From contig CAWGZR010000005.1 in NCBI GenBank assembly GCA_963827165.1, positions 64,001 to 128,000 of the forward strand: a stretch of DNA of 64,000 nucleotides, in the 5' to 3' direction. Below are positions 30,684-41,544 of this stretch, piece by piece (position 1 is the stretch's first letter; each line of letters begins with the position of its first letter). Below the pieces are notes generated by a model. It made no database searches. It had not been told where the DNA came from and saw nothing but the letters and a program-made list of their open reading frames with translations. This DNA is from Candidatus Bathyarchaeota archaeon (GTDB lineage: Archaea; Thermoproteota; Bathyarchaeia; Bathyarchaeales; Bathycorpusculaceae). Made by a program: the position numbers and the translations under genes.

Positions 30684-31078
30684 GCTTTTTCTTTGCTTGC
30701 GATAAGCACTGCGTTGATTATGCCGTCGTTTCCTGGGCGACTGGTAACTTTTGCTAAGCCCAAGGCGGTTTCGATTTCCGCGCCTTTAGTTATGACGCCT
30801 CTGCGGTTATAATCGACGTTTGCAGCGTTGCGGACCACACGTGTGATGCCCGTTTTCTGGGTTTTACCCGTTTTAGGGTCGGTTACTGAAGCGAACTTGT
30901 CGCTTAGAACTTTGACTTTGGTATTGCCGCCAAGACCTCGCGTGGTTTTCCTTTTGGGTTCGCCGAGAATTGTTTCAGCTGGGTACCCGCCTGCCTCATA
31001 TTTTTTCTTGACGCGGTAAGCTCTTTTTTTGCCGCCTGAAAGTTTGCGTTTGCGTAAAGTGCCATGCCAAACAGACAT
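30680..31078 (-). CDS. rps8e: 30S ribosomal protein eS8
   Basis: RKLSGG, RGLGGN, ITKG, VTSRPGNDG. Confidence 0.96.
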   Translation of the reverse strand: MSVWHGTLRKRKLSGGKKRAYRVKKKYEAGGYPAETILGEPKRKTTRGLGGNTKVKVLSDKFASVTDPKTGKTQKTGITRVVRNAANVDYNRRGVITKGAEIETALGLAKVTSRPGNDGIINAVLIASKEKA

Positions 31079-31185
31079 TATTTCACATTTCCTAACGAAT
31101 ATCTAATTCGAGCATTCACTAAAACATTAGATTTCCATATAAACGTATCCGTTTCAAGAGAAGCTAACTCAGTTAGAACGCTCCA

Positions 31186-31788
31186 TTACGGCAGGTCCTT
31201 TTCATCTTTTAGTGACTCACCAAAAATCTTCCGCAGATTTCTTTTCATTTCTGTTATGTCATTGGGCAAGCCGAAGTAGTCGGCGAAGTCAGCAGTGGTT
31301 TTTAATAGCATTGAGCGCCCGCTTTTTTCAGCCATGATCAAGTGGCTCTCCTTCAACTCTTTAATGTGGCCGTAAGCATGTTGCCCCCTGACGTCGATGA
31401 CTCGTTTCTGGCTGATAGGCTGCCTAATTGCAATGTAAGAAAGCGTTTTAAGCGGACCTGAAGAAAGCAATGGACGGTTGACAAGCTTCTGGATTAAGTG
31501 AGTAAATTCTGCTTTGACTTGCAAAACGTAGCGTTCATCTTTCAAAGCTAATATCTCAAGCGCCGTATTTCTTGCCTGATATTCCTTCATTAGAGCATCT
31601 GCGTATTTTTGGGCTTTCTTTTTTGAGCGGCTACCTATGACTTGGCAAAGCTTGTTCAAATCCAATGGGCGCCCTGCGACAAAGAGGGCAGCTTCTATTA
31701 GCACTATGCAGTGGGCTTTTCGCCCTGCATCAAGGGCCTGCTCCTCAACTGAGGTTAGTTCAGCCGGTTGTTCCTTCTGTTTTTCCAA
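31186..31788 (-). CDS. scpB: SMC-Scp complex subunit ScpB
   Basis: IEAALF, TLSYIA.RQPI, RG, TT..F.DYFG. Confidence 0.92.
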   Translation of the reverse strand: MEKQKEQPAELTSVEEQALDAGRKAHCIVLIEAALFVAGRPLDLNKLCQVIGSRSKKKAQKYADALMKEYQARNTALEILALKDERYVLQVKAEFTHLIQKLVNRPLLSSGPLKTLSYIAIRQPISQKRVIDVRGQHAYGHIKELKESHLIMAEKSGRSMLLKTTADFADYFGLPNDITEMKRNLRKIFGESLKDEKDLP

Positions 31789-32476
31789 CGTTTAATTTCC
31801 CCACAGCAATGTATAATTCTTCAGTTTCCTCATTCTGCCACAAACTTACCAAGCCATCCTGAGCTAAAAACAGCAAGTAAATAAAAGTTCTCAATGCCTC
31901 AATCCGTGTCATCCCTTTGGAGAGGGTTGAAAAATCAATTATTCCTGAACCGCCAAGTTTCTCCCGTAAAACAGAATATAAATTCTCAATTTGCACTTCG
32001 ATTTCAGCTATAAACTTGTCAAATTGGGGAAGCAAATCCGTAACCGACGGCAAAATCGGGTGCTGCTCAATTACATGATTCAAGTTAAGCAATCTCTCGC
32101 CTTTTAGCACATCATCTAAGACTTCAAGCAAATGCTGAATAGTTGTGGAAGTTAATTCATGTCTAAGCGGTAGGAACAGAGGCGGCGGAACGTAATCTTG
32201 GGGACCTGTTGGCGGCGGAGCGGGTGGCTCTTGCAAGGTAAGAAGCAGCTTGGATTTCATTAGGTAAATCAGGGCAGAAGAATCCAGCGCGACACCTGAT
32301 GCGCGAAAATCCGTCTTGTTTGTCCGTTCCATTTCGGTGAGAAACGATCGCAACAGATAGGCGATGTTAACGTTCCACGGCGTGAGTTTTTCAAGTTTGC
32401 TTATTTCGAATAGTATGTTCCAAGGTGGCCGCAGATAGAACGGTCTTCTCATTGGCGGGGAAGACGCAATCGCCAT
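31760..32476 (-). CDS. scpA: Kleisin ScpA
   Basis: PWNVNI, KSKLL, FIYLLFL..DG.V.LWQ; between smc and scpB. Confidence 0.88.
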   Translation of the reverse strand: MAIASSPPMRRPFYLRPPWNILFEISKLEKLTPWNVNIAYLLRSFLTEMERTNKTDFRASGVALDSSALIYLMKSKLLLTLQEPPAPPPTGPQDYVPPPLFLPLRHELTSTTIQHLLEVLDDVLKGERLLNLNHVIEQHPILPSVTDLLPQFDKFIAEIEVQIENLYSVLREKLGGSGIIDFSTLSKGMTRIEALRTFIYLLFLAQDGLVSLWQNEETEELYIAVGKLNVGKTEGTTG

Positions 32477-35400
32477 TTAACTGGCAACCTCCGGTGGGAA
32501 CTTTGCTGTGACAACGTTGGAAACTCCGTTTCGCTCGTAGACACCGTAGACTTTCTGTGCCTTGTTAACCATTTCAGGTCTAAGAGTAATGACAATGAAT
32601 TGCATCTTCGCTGCTTCCTCAAGAAGCAACTCTGCAAGCTTCGTTGTGTGGTAGGCGTCTAAGTGTGCGTCGACCTCGTCAAGAATGTAGAATGATGCAG
32701 GCGTGAAATCTTTAAGCGAGAAAATGAAGGCAACCGCCGTGATTGATCGTTCGCCGCCGCTTGCTCCGCTGACGACAATCGAAGGCTTGTTCGGGAATTG
32801 CACAATCATGTCTATACCTCCAGAGAATGGTTCTTCTGGGTTTTCAAGCTTAATCGTTGCTTCTCCTCCGCCAGTGAGTTTGGAAAAGTAAACTTTGAGG
32901 CTGGTGTTGATTTTTTCGAAGGCATCCATGAAAACCTTGCGTTTCTTAGCTTCAATTTCATCCATAAACTGCACGATGGCTTGTTTTTCCCGCTCCAACT
33001 CGTTTAGACGCACCGAAAGCTCTCGGTAACGGGAAAGCTGGTCGGTGTAGTGGGACAGAGCAAGCTGGTTTATGGCGCCGATTCGTTCTATCTCAAACTG
33101 CATCATTCGGATAGTGGTTTCTGCCTCTTCAACCTGCTTCTGATTGGTTTCCTGGGGCTGCTCGTAGCCATATTGGCGAAGTTGACTCTGAAGTTGTTGC
33201 AGACGAAGTTGGTTGGTTTCTGTGCTGACTTGAAGTTGATTGCGCAGTCGGTCCGCCACCTCATATTCTGTGTCGAGCATCCTAAGTTCAGCATCTATGG
33301 CATCTATTTGTGCAGTGAATTTCTTGGATTCTTCTCTTGAAGAAAACACCGCTTTCGATAATTCAACGCGGGTTTTCTCCAGCGCATCAAGCTCCTTTTT
33401 GGCGGCATCACGCTCCAATGCGGCGTCGGCTACTTCTTTTTCCGTTTTTCTCTGCTGCTGCTCAACCTTAACAATTTGGATTTTGATGTTTCTGTAACCG
33501 TTGCGAAGAACCCTGTCGAATTGTGACTGATAAGTTGAAATCTCAGTTTGCATTGACCCACTGTTTTGTTTAAGCTTGTTCGCTTCTTCCCCGAGTTTTT
33601 CCCGTTCAACCTCAAGCGCCTGAATATTCTTCACATCAGTTTTGAGCCTTAAGTTGGCGATTTCGCCGCGAAGCTTCTCGTCTTCTCTTCGCATCCTGTT
33701 GCGTTCGTTTCGGTAAACTTCCATGCGTCCCTTGTACGATGCTGCTTCACGCTCAAGTTTACCGCCGTATTTTTCTGTGTGGTGAATGTTAAACTGAGTT
33801 CTTTTGACTCCACGTTTGATTCGAACGATTTCCCGATCCAACGTTGCAATGCCTTCTTGTAGTCGCGTCATCTCAATTTTTGATCGTTCGACCTCCTCTT
33901 CAAGACCCGTGATGTCCACACCCCTTTGAGTAAGGTGCGTCTGCAGTGCGTTAACGGCTTCATCGAGGCTTTTGAGAGCGTTTTCGCTTGGAATAATTGT
34001 TGAGAAGTCTATCGGCGCACGGTAGTATCCGCTTTCGAAGGCGCCGGACTCGTATAGGTCGCCGTTGACTGTGACTGCGCGCCAGCCTTCGTTTGAAAGC
34101 GCAAAAGCCACCTTATCGTTCGAAACAACCAAGGTATCTCCGAAAACATAGTTTACAGCCAACTCATAGCTGCTGTCGTACTTCATAAAGCTGGAGAGCG
34201 AACCGACTACGCCTTCGCGATTTGGCACCGACTTGTTCTTGAGGCTTATGGCGCCCTGAAGCGGGATAATTTTGATTCTGCCCAGTTTCATGCGCCTAAG
34301 AGTTTCAGTGCAGGTAAAGGCTGAATCAAGGTTCGCAACAACCAAGGCATCAAGCCAACCAGTCGCCGCCGCCTCAATCGCCTTCTTGTAATTCCTATCG
34401 ATCTTGATGAGATTACGAAGCCTGCCTCGGATTCCGTTGATTGCCCCTACGTTGCCCATTTCCTCGATGCTTCTAAGGGCTTTTTCTTCAGCAGCAATAG
34501 TTGCAGCAAGATCCCTCTGTGTTGCAAACTCAATCACAGCATCTTTGGCTGAACTGGCAATTTTTTCGGCTTCAGCGATTTCTTTTCCAACAGTTTCTTT
34601 CTGAGTTTTCTTGCGTTCAATCGAAGCTTCTAGGTTCTTAAGCTGGATTCTTTGGTCCTTCTGAACTTGTTCAAGCTCGGAGAGCGACTTTTCAATCTCC
34701 GCTAAGCTCGCTTGGAATCTTTCTTTACGCACGACTAAACTTTTGATTCTCCCGGTGGACAGGCGAAGCGCAGCCTTTTCTTTGCTGTATTCCGAACGCA
34801 GGAACGCCATGCGCTTAACGTGGTTTTCGATTAAAGCCTGTTTCGCACGTATTTGCTCGTTGTTGCTGTCAAGTCCGCCCCAAAGCTCAGCGGTTTGTTT
34901 GGCTAACACCTCATGTTCTGAGGCTCTTTGAGTTAACGTAGTTTGGAGTTTTACAAGTTCGCTTCGGAACCCTCTGATTTTGAGGCGGTTCTCACGTATT
35001 TCATTTCGCAGGTTTTCCTGCTGCGCTACGTTGTTTTCTCTTACTCGCTTGAGACTTTCGAGGCTGCTTTGCCCAGAATTGATTTTTGTGTTCAACTCGG
35101 TTAATTTGGACTTTAAATCACCTATAGTTATCTGCACTCTAAGAACTTGTGAGCCGCCCTCCTCAAGGTTTTCCCCGCTGAGTTTCCGCCATTCGCCCTC
35201 AATATCATGGCGTTTGCCCCTGCGAACATCCCGCTGCTCTTTCAACTTATCGACCCTTGCCTGAACCTTCTCGGATTGGCCTTTAGCTTCAGTTAATTTG
35301 ACGTTTACTTGGGTGATGTCGCTTGAAATTTTAATTGCTTGAAACTTCTTTGTTTCCGCTTGGATGAAATTGTAGCGCAAGAGTTGGTTGCGCTCTCGTT

Positions 35401-36028
35401 CCAGATCGTCAAGGCGTTTCTGCACTTCGTCGATTCTTCCCATGGCAGTGCGGATGGAGATGTCTGCTGCACGGAGTTTCTCTTCCGCCTCAGCCTTCTC
35501 CGAGTCATATTGACCGATCCCGACGAGATCTTCGATTATTTTTCGACGTTCCAAAGAGTTGATTTCCGTCAGTCTTGTCAGGGTACCCTGTGGGATGATG
35601 TTTTGGCTCATGCTGCTAATAGAGCTCATCGAGAGGGTTTCTGTTATGTAAGTTCTTGACATTCTTCGTCCATTCAGTCGGTAAACGCTCTGACCATTCT
35701 TGAAAACCTCTCTAGAAATAGTCACAGTGGTGGTATCCACTGGCATTGTGCCGTCTGAATTATCAAATTGAAGGACAACCTTAGCCATCTTCGCTTTCTC
35801 TTGGCCAGCTTTATCTGAACCATGAAAAATCAGGTTTGAAGCGTTTTCAGCACGTAGCCTTCTGGTGCTTAATTCGCCAAGGGAGAAGAGTACGGCGTCC
35901 ATGATGTTGGATTTTCCGCTACCGTTCGGACCCGTAAGTGCCGTGAATCCTTTGTCTAGGGATATCTTGATAGTCTGCGGCCCAAAAGATTTGAAGCCTT
36001 TCAACTCGATTTTTTTTATATAGGGCAT
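32477..36028 (-). CDS. smc: Chromosome segregation ATPase SMC
   Basis: GFKSF, GPNGSGKSN, hinge, SGGE, LDEVDAHLD; long coiled coils. Confidence 0.97.
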   Translation of the reverse strand: MPYIKKIELKGFKSFGPQTIKISLDKGFTALTGPNGSGKSNIMDAVLFSLGELSTRRLRAENASNLIFHGSDKAGQEKAKMAKVVLQFDNSDGTMPVDTTTVTISREVFKNGQSVYRLNGRRMSRTYITETLSMSSISSMSQNIIPQGTLTRLTEINSLERRKIIEDLVGIGQYDSEKAEAEEKLRAADISIRTAMGRIDEVQKRLDDLERERNQLLRYNFIQAETKKFQAIKISSDITQVNVKLTEAKGQSEKVQARVDKLKEQRDVRRGKRHDIEGEWRKLSGENLEEGGSQVLRVQITIGDLKSKLTELNTKINSGQSSLESLKRVRENNVAQQENLRNEIRENRLKIRGFRSELVKLQTTLTQRASEHEVLAKQTAELWGGLDSNNEQIRAKQALIENHVKRMAFLRSEYSKEKAALRLSTGRIKSLVVRKERFQASLAEIEKSLSELEQVQKDQRIQLKNLEASIERKKTQKETVGKEIAEAEKIASSAKDAVIEFATQRDLAATIAAEEKALRSIEEMGNVGAINGIRGRLRNLIKIDRNYKKAIEAAATGWLDALVVANLDSAFTCTETLRRMKLGRIKIIPLQGAISLKNKSVPNREGVVGSLSSFMKYDSSYELAVNYVFGDTLVVSNDKVAFALSNEGWRAVTVNGDLYESGAFESGYYRAPIDFSTIIPSENALKSLDEAVNALQTHLTQRGVDITGLEEEVERSKIEMTRLQEGIATLDREIVRIKRGVKRTQFNIHHTEKYGGKLEREAASYKGRMEVYRNERNRMRREDEKLRGEIANLRLKTDVKNIQALEVEREKLGEEANKLKQNSGSMQTEISTYQSQFDRVLRNGYRNIKIQIVKVEQQQRKTEKEVADAALERDAAKKELDALEKTRVELSKAVFSSREESKKFTAQIDAIDAELRMLDTEYEVADRLRNQLQVSTETNQLRLQQLQSQLRQYGYEQPQETNQKQVEEAETTIRMMQFEIERIGAINQLALSHYTDQLSRYRELSVRLNELEREKQAIVQFMDEIEAKKRKVFMDAFEKINTSLKVYFSKLTGGGEATIKLENPEEPFSGGIDMIVQFPNKPSIVVSGASGGERSITAVAFIFSLKDFTPASFYILDEVDAHLDAYHTTKLAELLLEEAAKMQFIVITLRPEMVNKAQKVYGVYERNGVSNVVTAKFPPEVAS

Positions 36029-36357
36029 TCAGGCAGTATCCTCACGGCAAGCGATCTAGTATATTTTAACGTAAGACTATTAGGAGTATTGATATTAATT
36101 TCAATCTTATCTAATTTCGTCTTACATTCACCTTTACTTTTAACCATTAGTATTCAGAAAGCATATTAATCTAACTGAATACCCTACCTCGGAAATGCCC
36201 TAAACCTTGGCATATCAGAACTAAGAAATTTAGCTTAATTGTCCTTTTACTGAGTACGTCTTAACCTTGAATGTGCTCGGTAATAGCAGCGCACGCTTTT
36301 TGTGTCAAGAAATCTTTACAAGAACTCTTTTATCGCCAATCCTACCTAAAACTAATT

Positions 36358-37201
36358 ATGAGTAGAATCAGCACGAGTTTCTCATTGCTCTTTATTGTTC
36401 TCTTAGCCGTATCAAGTCTAATGATGGCTAAACCAGCATTTGCTCAAATACCTACGCCTTCGCCTTCACCTGTTCCTATTCCTATACCTACGCCCTCCGT
36501 TCCAACATTCACTGTACAGCTTGTCGGTCCTCCTTACACTGTGCCTACAACTTATTCGTTAAACCAAAGTTCAGGACAGATTGTTGCTCAAATCGGCTAC
36601 ACCGCTGAATATAATAATGTAGAAGTGACAATTAAAAATCAACCCTTTACTTCCTATGTTGATTCATCGGGAAATACCATTAACCTCTATTACAACATCC
36701 AAATAATGGACGACCAAACATCCGCTTGGACAGTCCTCTACAGTCCTGAAAGTTACCCAACACAGTCCATAGATTCCGATTATACCAACATATCAATCCC
36801 TGTGGCGACTGGTCAAAATGGGGGAATAACTATTCCTGTTGATACTCAAACCGATATCCAAGTTCAAGCAATTGATTGGATATATTACCGCAGAATTTAG
36901 TGGCATATACTATCTACTCCACCATATATTGGGGATTACTGGACCTATTCATTTGTTGGTCAAACAGGCAGTTGGAGCTGCAATGCAAACAGTAACCATA
37001 CCTGCGGATATTCCTTTAAGCCCTACCCCAACCCCAACATCCTCAACTTCAACGCTAACTCCAACTCCAATATCAACCTCTTCGTCTATTAGCAGCGCTT
37101 CTTACGCATCTCTTTTATTAATAGCTCTTGTTGTTATCACATTCTTGTTGGCTATCATTATTTTTCTTTCTAATTTATATGAGAAAACGAAAGCCCATTA
37201 A
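36358..37201 (+). pseudogene. Frameshifted secreted, membrane-anchored protein (IPxPSVPxFT family)
   Basis: Signal peptide, IPTPSVPTFTV; the QVQA-LIGY...YSFVGQTGSWS-QTVTIP pattern is spread over three frames; PT linker and TM. Confidence 0.65.
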
Positions 37202-37307
37202 TTTAAGTGAGTGACGCCTAATTTCTTTTATTCTACGCTTTTCAGATTTAAGACTTATCTCTAAGTTTGATCAAACTTAAGAACATAAGTCGGCTAAAAG
37301 AAGGCTC

Positions 37308-37601
37308 ATGAAAGAACTGGATAAAGATAAAACAATCAGGTTTACCCTTGATTCTATTAAGTTATATGAAGATATTTTGCAAAAACAACAAGCAGATCCG
37401 TGTCACATGAAAAGAGTTAAAGCCCTTGCCAAAGACATATCCAAAAATGGTTTACAAAAACCAATAGAGGTTCTGCATCTCCAAAATGGGGAGTACAAAC
37501 TAATGGAAGGGTATCATCGTTACATGGCTTGTAAGTTACTTGGCTGGAAAGAGATTGAATGCTACGTTAAAGAATCAATCAAACTCTTTTATTATCAATG
37601 A
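37308..37601 (+). CDS. Small ParB/Sulfiredoxin N-terminal-domain protein
   Basis: LAKDISKNGLQKPIEV...LMEGYHRY.A...LG. Confidence 0.85.
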   Translation: MKELDKDKTIRFTLDSIKLYEDILQKQQADPCHMKRVKALAKDISKNGLQKPIEVLHLQNGEYKLMEGYHRYMACKLLGWKEIECYVKESIKLFYYQ

Positions 37602-37649
37602 AAAATAGCAGTACTACCAGAACGAGATACTCGGTTAGTGATTAAAGAC

Positions 37650-37832
37650 TTAGGGATTTATTGAATGGTTTTTACCATAATTAGTTTTACCAAAAGTTAT
37701 GCGCCCATGCTTACCTTTAACAAGCTCTGTTATTACTTCCCGTAGTTCTTCTTTAGTTTTGTCTGGTAATGATTCATTGGCTAAATTGTAAGAGGTTTCT
37801 GTATCATCACTATACTTAACTGTTAATCCCAC
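37650..37832 (-). CDS. Small hypothetical element protein
   Basis: Co-oriented, closely spaced gene at the end of the element operon. Confidence 0.5.
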   Translation of the reverse strand: MGLTVKYSDDTETSYNLANESLPDKTKEELREVITELVKGKHGRITFGKTNYGKNHSINP

Positions 37833-37844
37833 AATCTTTTTCTC

Positions 37845-38057
37845 TCATTTTTCATTTATCCATTCGAATTCACGATTTCTGTCGTTGCTTTCGTCTTTTG
37901 GAAGCCTAAAATCGCACATGGGACACGACCAAACAAAAGCACCATAGTAGCCAGCAAAAGGAACGAACGCTTTTTGCCACATTGACTGTCTATTGCTTTT
38001 TCTTATTGGCTTCACCATGTTTTTACATCGTGGGCATTTCACTAATGTTCTATTCAT
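37845..38057 (-). CDS. Zinc-ribbon protein
   Basis: CPRC...CPMC. Confidence 0.7.
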   Translation of the reverse strand: MNRTLVKCPRCKNMVKPIRKSNRQSMWQKAFVPFAGYYGAFVWSCPMCDFRLPKDESNDRNREFEWINEK

Positions 38058-38128
38058 TGTTCTACCGCTTTAGAATTAATTTTCACATTAAACTTATACG
38101 ATTTATGAATCTAAAATTCAGTTAATGC

Positions 38129-39602
38129 CTAACTCCTTGAAAATAGCTCTTTTTTATTTTGGTTAATGCGGTTGGTGATAACAAAATTTCTATTAGCAAT
38201 AGGACCAGTGTTAGAGTGCTTACCAAAATTACTCCATGTTTCACCACTGTTCATATCGTGGATAACTATCCTTGCCCCTGTTGCTGGTTTAATAGGAAAT
38301 AGCTGTTCATCCCAGAAGTTTAGCAATAAAAGAGAGTCTACAAGGTTGTCATAATGGGGATTGCTTTGTTTCTTATAGGACTTCATTTCTTGAATTAAGT
38401 CGTTATATTCCGCTGGTATCTCTAAACCCTGACTCTCTATCGTGTGGCTAAGTTGTTCTTGCATGACCTCTTTGTAATACCGTGAATTGACAGAGAAAAC
38501 TTTGCTCTTACCGTAAGCTTCCGATATGAGGTCAGACCACATGATAGGCAGACTATCAACCTTAACAAGCTGTACTTTATAGAGCTTTAGAAACTCTGCT
38601 ATTTCTGCAACAGCACCGTTAATCTCTTCAAATCCCCATGTCTTACGGAAGAGAACTTTAAGCTTATACTTACCGTTCTTCTCACCGATTGTTAAGGCTA
38701 ATTGGTCTCGGTCAGTGTGTCCAGTTCCACCACCGTCTACACCTGCCCATCTAATGCCACCTTCGCTTAGTACCTGTTCTCTAATAGCTTTGTTAATTTG
38801 CTCTGTGTCCCATAGTAACTTAATGCTGCTCTCGGATATTTCCCCGAGTACATCCCTTTTCCATTCATCTTCCGTCATTATCGTTTTTTTGTTGGTTAAT
38901 TCTTCTTGACTGTGCCAATCACAGTCTATTTAGCTCCACTTGAAAAGAGTAAAATTATATTTCTTAGGGTTTTTGAGTATCTCATTAAACTTAGAATACG
39001 GAGAGCTTGGAGTACCTAAGACTACCAGCTTAATCTTTTTACCGCTAAGATTCCCATAAGCAGTAGATAGTGTTTAAGAAGGCATTAATTCAGCCTCATC
39101 TAAGAAAAGAATGCTCGCACTTGCTCCACGAATACCCTTCTCGGAAGAGGATAATAGCTGCACCTTGCTACCGTTCTTTAAAGAGTAACCGTCTTTAGGG
39201 ATAATGTTGGCTACTCCTTCCCAACTTACATACTGCCTAAGCTCTGGGTTAGAGCTAAAGATGTCTGTTATGTGTTGGTAAACGTAGTTCTCTTTAGCAG
39301 AGACTAAACATACTTGAATCTTATTTTTGAGCGTTAAGTAAATAGCTGCTACTGCACAACATAACGACTTTGCCTGTCTGTCTGCCAGCTGAGATAAGAA
39401 CGTTAGTTAACTCTGGGTTTTCTAATCCCTGTAAGACCTCTATTTGTTTAGCGGTAGGAATTAGCTCTGTAATCTTAGTAAAAAATTCTGTTATGCTGAG
39501 ACTGAGAAGGGTATCACTTTCTATAGCTTTTGCTAAGTTTCCCTCTTTAGCCTTCTTTCGGTTTCTGTAATTCTTTTGTATAATTGCTCTGTCTAATGGC
39601 AA
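38129..39602 (-). pseudogene. Terminase large subunit, disrupted
   Basis: Walker A AGRQTGK[S], IRGA, Walker B LFLDEA, motif III GTP, RNase-H-like GVD...DNLVDS; +1 frameshift at ~39370, TAA at 39076-39074 and 38932-38930. Confidence 0.88.
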
Positions 39603-39638
39603 TAAAAATATCTCCTATTGGGGTTTATTTAAAAAAAC

Positions 39639-39782
39639 TTAGGATTCTGGTTTAGTTTTATCTGGAACGTTTAAAAGATTCCCGTCTGCATAGAGTTTCT
39701 TATAGAAATCGAGATTCTTTTTACTTAAGCCAATTTTGGTTAGAATCTCTTCCTTAACTTCTTCGGGAGTTTTTTTTGTCAT
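39639..39782 (-). CDS. 47-aa ORF directly upstream of the terminase
   Basis: MTKKTPEEVKEEILTKIGLSKK...; overlaps the end of the upstream gene; below the ORF-track cutoff. Confidence 0.45.
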   Translation of the reverse strand: MTKKTPEEVKEEILTKIGLSKKNLDFYKKLYADGNLLNVPDKTKPES

Positions 39783-40437
39783 GACTAAACAATCCTTTTC
39801 TCTTCTTGGAGTCTTTTTTAGGCTCTATGCTCTTTCGTTCTGCTCGCTCGTAAGATTCTACTACAGCTTTGTTTATCCAACCACCAGTAGTAGTATCTCT
39901 AACAAAACCGAACTCTTCCATCCCGTAATCTCTTGGATATTTCTTTTTAGCTTCTGGTTGCTTTGGTTTTTGTGCTGTAACTGGTTGCGTTACGTTAAAC
40001 AATTTTCTTATCATTGGGTCATGTATCGGTACAATCTTTAGTATGTAGATGTAATCAACTGTCTCGCCTTGAGTATCCGAGTTCATAGTTCCGACTTTTA
40101 CTTTAGCTGTTGAGTAGTCCTCTGACCATTCTATATCTGAGCTTTTGTATATGCTGCCTTCGTAGAAATCGAAGCGACCATTTCCATTATATCTTAGACT
40201 GTATCGAGCATTTCCATCACTAAGACTTATAGCAATCCCAACTGGCATTGTTGCTACTAAAAACTCGGTGCGTGGCATTAATTGATACTCTGCTATCAGG
40301 TCGTTTAGTCTTTTTATAGCTGTCTTCTGTGCCTCTACCGAGGGATAGATAACGCTCGGGTTTCCTACACTATTTTGGAGAGATTCTATTTCTTTTAGAA
40401 TCTCTCGTTTTTTCGTTTTTAATTGTTCATTATCCAT
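39754..40437 (-). CDS. Hypothetical element protein
   Basis: ATG at 40437 after GGAAG; N-terminal coiled coil, basic C-terminus. Confidence 0.7.
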   Translation of the reverse strand: MDNEQLKTKKREILKEIESLQNSVGNPSVIYPSVEAQKTAIKRLNDLIAEYQLMPRTEFLVATMPVGIAISLSDGNARYSLRYNGNGRFDFYEGSIYKSSDIEWSEDYSTAKVKVGTMNSDTQGETVDYIYILKIVPIHDPMIRKLFNVTQPVTAQKPKQPEAKKKYPRDYGMEEFGFVRDTTTGGWINKAVVESYERAERKSIEPKKDSKKRKGLFSHDKKNSRRS

Positions 40438-40654
40438 TTTAATTACTTCCTTGTTCTCTTGCTTTTTCGTGATATGAGAACTGTAACACATTAACCCTCA
40501 GAGCCTACACGCACAGCAATCTCTTTGTTATGCTTGTTTAGATTCGTGGAGCTATCCCCTTTACAGCCTCTTAATTCTCTAAGTTGTGCTGGCGAAAGTG
40601 TTTGACCGACTACATGCCGTTTGTAGCTATACCCTCCATGATTTGAGTTAGATT

Positions 40655-40867
40655 TCATTGGTGACATAACCCCGAATCACACTGATTTTGAAAATGACGT
40701 TTCATATCCAATTCGCTCTTTGCTTTTGGTGCTGGTAAATCGAATTTAGTTAATAGAGCTATATCTCCCTCTAACTTTGCTATGTTCTTCATTCTTTCTC
40801 GTCTCACTGGACACGTAGAAGAACAACTTTTCTCTGGAAAAGCTCTTTTCTTAATTGTGTGAGTCAT
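40655..40867 (-). CDS. Small Cys-rich protein
   Basis: CSSTC...CDSGLC; ATGA overlap with the upstream gene. Confidence 0.6.
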   Translation of the reverse strand: MTHTIKKRAFPEKSCSSTCPVRRERMKNIAKLEGDIALLTKFDLPAPKAKSELDMKRHFQNQCDSGLCHQ

Positions 40868-41106
40868 TGTTCCCTACTCCATTGTCTCATTTCTGGATAT
40901 ACTTCGTTTCGTACCCAGACTGGTCTGTTATTATTGGTTGTTTCAATATGCCATGAATAGGCTTCATTGATAGACTCTGCTTCCCTTTCAAATTCTAAAT
41001 AACAACCTATTGAACAGAAAAGGTCTGTCTCTAACTCTGGCTCGTAAAGTTTACCGCATTGAATACATTTCCGTTTAATTACGGCTAAAGAACCCAAGTT
41101 TGCCAT
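40864..41106 (-). CDS. TRASH/MYM-type treble-clef zinc-finger protein
   Basis: CIQCG...FCSIGC; TAATG overlap. Confidence 0.7.
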   Translation of the reverse strand: MANLGSLAVIKRKCIQCGKLYEPELETDLFCSIGCYLEFEREAESINEAYSWHIETTNNNRPVWVRNEVYPEMRQWSREQ

Positions 41107-41282
41107 TAGTAAGACCAGCCTCCATAAACGCCCTTAGCATGGTGTTTGTGTAGTTTGTACTTCTGTTTACAGTCTGGGGAACACCAGAGATTATCTTTCA
41201 TGTACGTTTCAAATTCTGCTCCACAAGGACACTTACGAGTTATAATTTCATGAGAAAGATTAGCTAAGATTTCACTCACCAT
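41106..41282 (-). CDS. Treble-clef zinc-finger protein
   Basis: CPCG...WCSPDC; likely ATG at 41282. Confidence 0.65.
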   Translation of the reverse strand: MVSEILANLSHEIITRKCPCGAEFETYMKDNLWCSPDCKQKYKLHKHHAKGVYGGWSY

Positions 41283-41283
41283 C

Positions 41284-41544
41284 TTAAAACACCAAACCAA
41301 CAAAGAACCTTTCTGGGTGTCTGTAGATTTCTTTCCTTAGCTGTCCTATTCCGAGTCTATGATAACATTCTCTAAGGGTAGCATTGTACTCTAATCTCTT
41401 CTCGGTTCTAAACTTCTTTGCTGACTTTCGACACTGTTCGCGCTCTACCTTATTCGCACATGAGAATGAACAATACTTTCGCCTACCCTTTGGGATAGGA
41501 TTATCACATTCTAAACAAGCAGCTTCTTTATTCACTCTAATCAC
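41284..41544 (-). CDS. Treble-clef zinc-finger protein with basic helix
   Basis: CLEC...YCSFSC. Confidence 0.7.
   Translation of the reverse strand: MIRVNKEAACLECDNPIPKGRRKYCSFSCANKVEREQCRKSAKKFRTEKRLEYNATLRECYHRLGIGQLRKEIYRHPERFFVGLVF

Noticed and set aside
34864-34871. TGCTGTCA core inside smc
   Set aside because: No flanking arms and smc is intact; expected by chance.
38930-39076. Stop-codon recoding in the terminase
   Set aside because: TAA terminates many neighbouring element genes and a frameshift is also present; decay is the simpler explanation.
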